NCBI GenBank assembly: GCA_048885525.1
Contig: JBHLLP010000064.1
Coordinates: 1 to 14,521 of the forward strand
Direction of reading: 5' to 3'
Source: Candidatus Hermodarchaeota archaeon
GTDB lineage: Archaea; Asgardarchaeota; Lokiarchaeia; Sigyniarchaeales; SOKP01
DNA length: 14,521 bases
Shown: one piece after another, positions 13,529-14,521 of the stretch
How positions within the stretch are numbered: the stretch's first letter is position 1
Layout of the letters: every line of letters begins with the position of its first letter
Program-made: the position numbers and the translations under genes
The notes under the pieces: model-generated
The model's input: the letters and a program-made list of their open reading frames with translations, nothing else
What the model was told of the DNA's origin: nothing
Database searches by the model: none

Positions 13529-14521
13529 TCAGTAGCGATTAATTTGATTTTTGATCTTTAAGGAAATTAATTTATTATACCAATCTAATTTCTTATTCTT
13601 CCATTCAATAGTTCTGTCAGATGGAACAATAAGTTGCTCAATTATTCCTTTTGAAAGCATATTATTTATTACTTTCTCACCTTTATCTGTTCTAATTAAA
13701 ATCATGGAATATCCTTCTGGAGCTCCAGACGCCCCAACACTAATATCTGTAAATCTTCCTGTGAATTCATCACATTCATGGCAATTAATTCTTACTGCAG
13801 GATTAAGAGTTTTTATATTGATTTCGAATTCTTTATTATCTTTAGTTTGGATAAAAAAATTCTTTTTTATCCAAGTTTTTTTAATATTAGTAGGATCAAC
13901 ATTAGTCTCTTTTCTTAGAATATCATATAATTCGCTATAGATAAAATTCTCAAAACAGAAAAGACCTATAATATATTTAATTACATGCGCGGGTTTTACA
14001 AGTAAATATTTCATTTTACTTACAGCCTTACATTGACAAGGAGTTCCAATAAATGCAATTCTTAGCTGATCGATATCAAATATTTCCTTTTTCATAAGAA
14101 TCTCTTGTGGTATAGTATATAAATTTTTTAAAGGAAATATTTGAGGAGAAATTGAATAACGAGTACCTGCTGATTTAAAAAGATCTTCTTTATCAAATAT
14201 GATTTTTGGAACAGGTTCAAAATTATCGTTAAATTCTGAAACAATAGCTGCATCAATTTTATGTTTTTCAAATAAATATGTTAGAATTGCTGAGACCACT
14301 CCTCCATCTTGTCCAATTTTTTCTAATGTTGAGATTGTTGTTTTAGCAGCAAGAATTTTAATAATATATCCAATATTATCTTCAATACAATAATTATCAT
14401 TCAACTCTTTTAATAATACTTTAGTTTGGGGACAAATATAATAACAAACACCACATTTAGTACAATTCTCAACAGTTTTTTCTGATTTAAACTCCGGAAT
14501 GTATCCTTTCATTTCAATAAC
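13529..14521 (-). CDS. Second FrhB/FdhB-like F420-binding beta-subunit protein, 5'-truncated by the window edge
   Basis: CTKCGVCYYICP, GQDGGVV, SAGTRY, IGTPCQ, IGLFCFENF, CHECDEFT...DISVG and RTDKG. The frame is open beyond ATG 14512 to the edge (..VIE-MKG), and the paralog's first ferredoxin motif is missing, so the true start lies outside. Confidence 0.88.
   Translation of the reverse strand, partial: VIEMKGYIPEFKSEKTVENCTKCGVCYYICPQTKVLLKELNDNYCIEDNIGYIIKILAAKTTISTLEKIGQDGGVVSAILTYLFEKHKIDAAIVSEFNDNFEPVPKIIFDKEDLFKSAGTRYSISPQIFPLKNLYTIPQEILMKKEIFDIDQLRIAFIGTPCQCKAVSKMKYLLVKPAHVIKYIIGLFCFENFIYSELYDILRKETNVDPTNIKKTWIKKNFFIQTKDNKEFEINIKTLNPAVRINCHECDEFTGRFTDISVGASGAPEGYSMILIRTDKGEKVINNMLSKGIIEQLIVPSDRTIEWKNKKLDWYNKLISLKIKNQINRY

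Noticed and set aside
12712-14393. Short ORFs 12712-12933, 13551-13940 and 14199-14393
   Set aside because: Antisense shadows of hdrA and the second frhB-like gene.
1-14521. Genome-wide UGA reassignment (code 4/25 or UGA=Cys)
   Set aside because: TGA ends the mvhG-like and both frhB-like genes at plausible C-termini. Trp uses TGG, Cys uses TGY, and no other gene here has an internal TGA.

Overview
AT-rich archaeal DNA. The gene set and a eukaryote-like SECIS point to Asgard archaea, probably Lokiarchaeia (inference). The left part holds a partial CoxE-like/VWA-family gene, a B12-binding radical SAM gene, DUF169, a DsrE-family gene with an apparent ATA start, and glutamate dehydrogenase. The right two-thirds is a redox cluster with two notable parts. 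(1) A minus-strand unit frhB-like -> [winged-HTH + degenerate HdrA + MvhD] fusion -> MvhG-like small subunit -> [NiFe] large subunit. The large subunit carries two hallmarks of H2-sensing hydrogenases (Gln four residues after the L1 CxxC, and no C-terminal extension). Together these suggest a one-component H2/redox-sensing transcription regulator built from an Mvh-Hdr scaffold. (2) A divergent hdrA that the ORF track splits into pieces. It is one 678-aa frame (11384-13420) with three in-frame UGA codons, all at conserved Cys positions, followed immediately by an AUGA...GA kink-turn SECIS-like structure, i.e. a predicted triple-selenocysteine HdrA. A second, 5'-truncated frhB-like gene closes the window.
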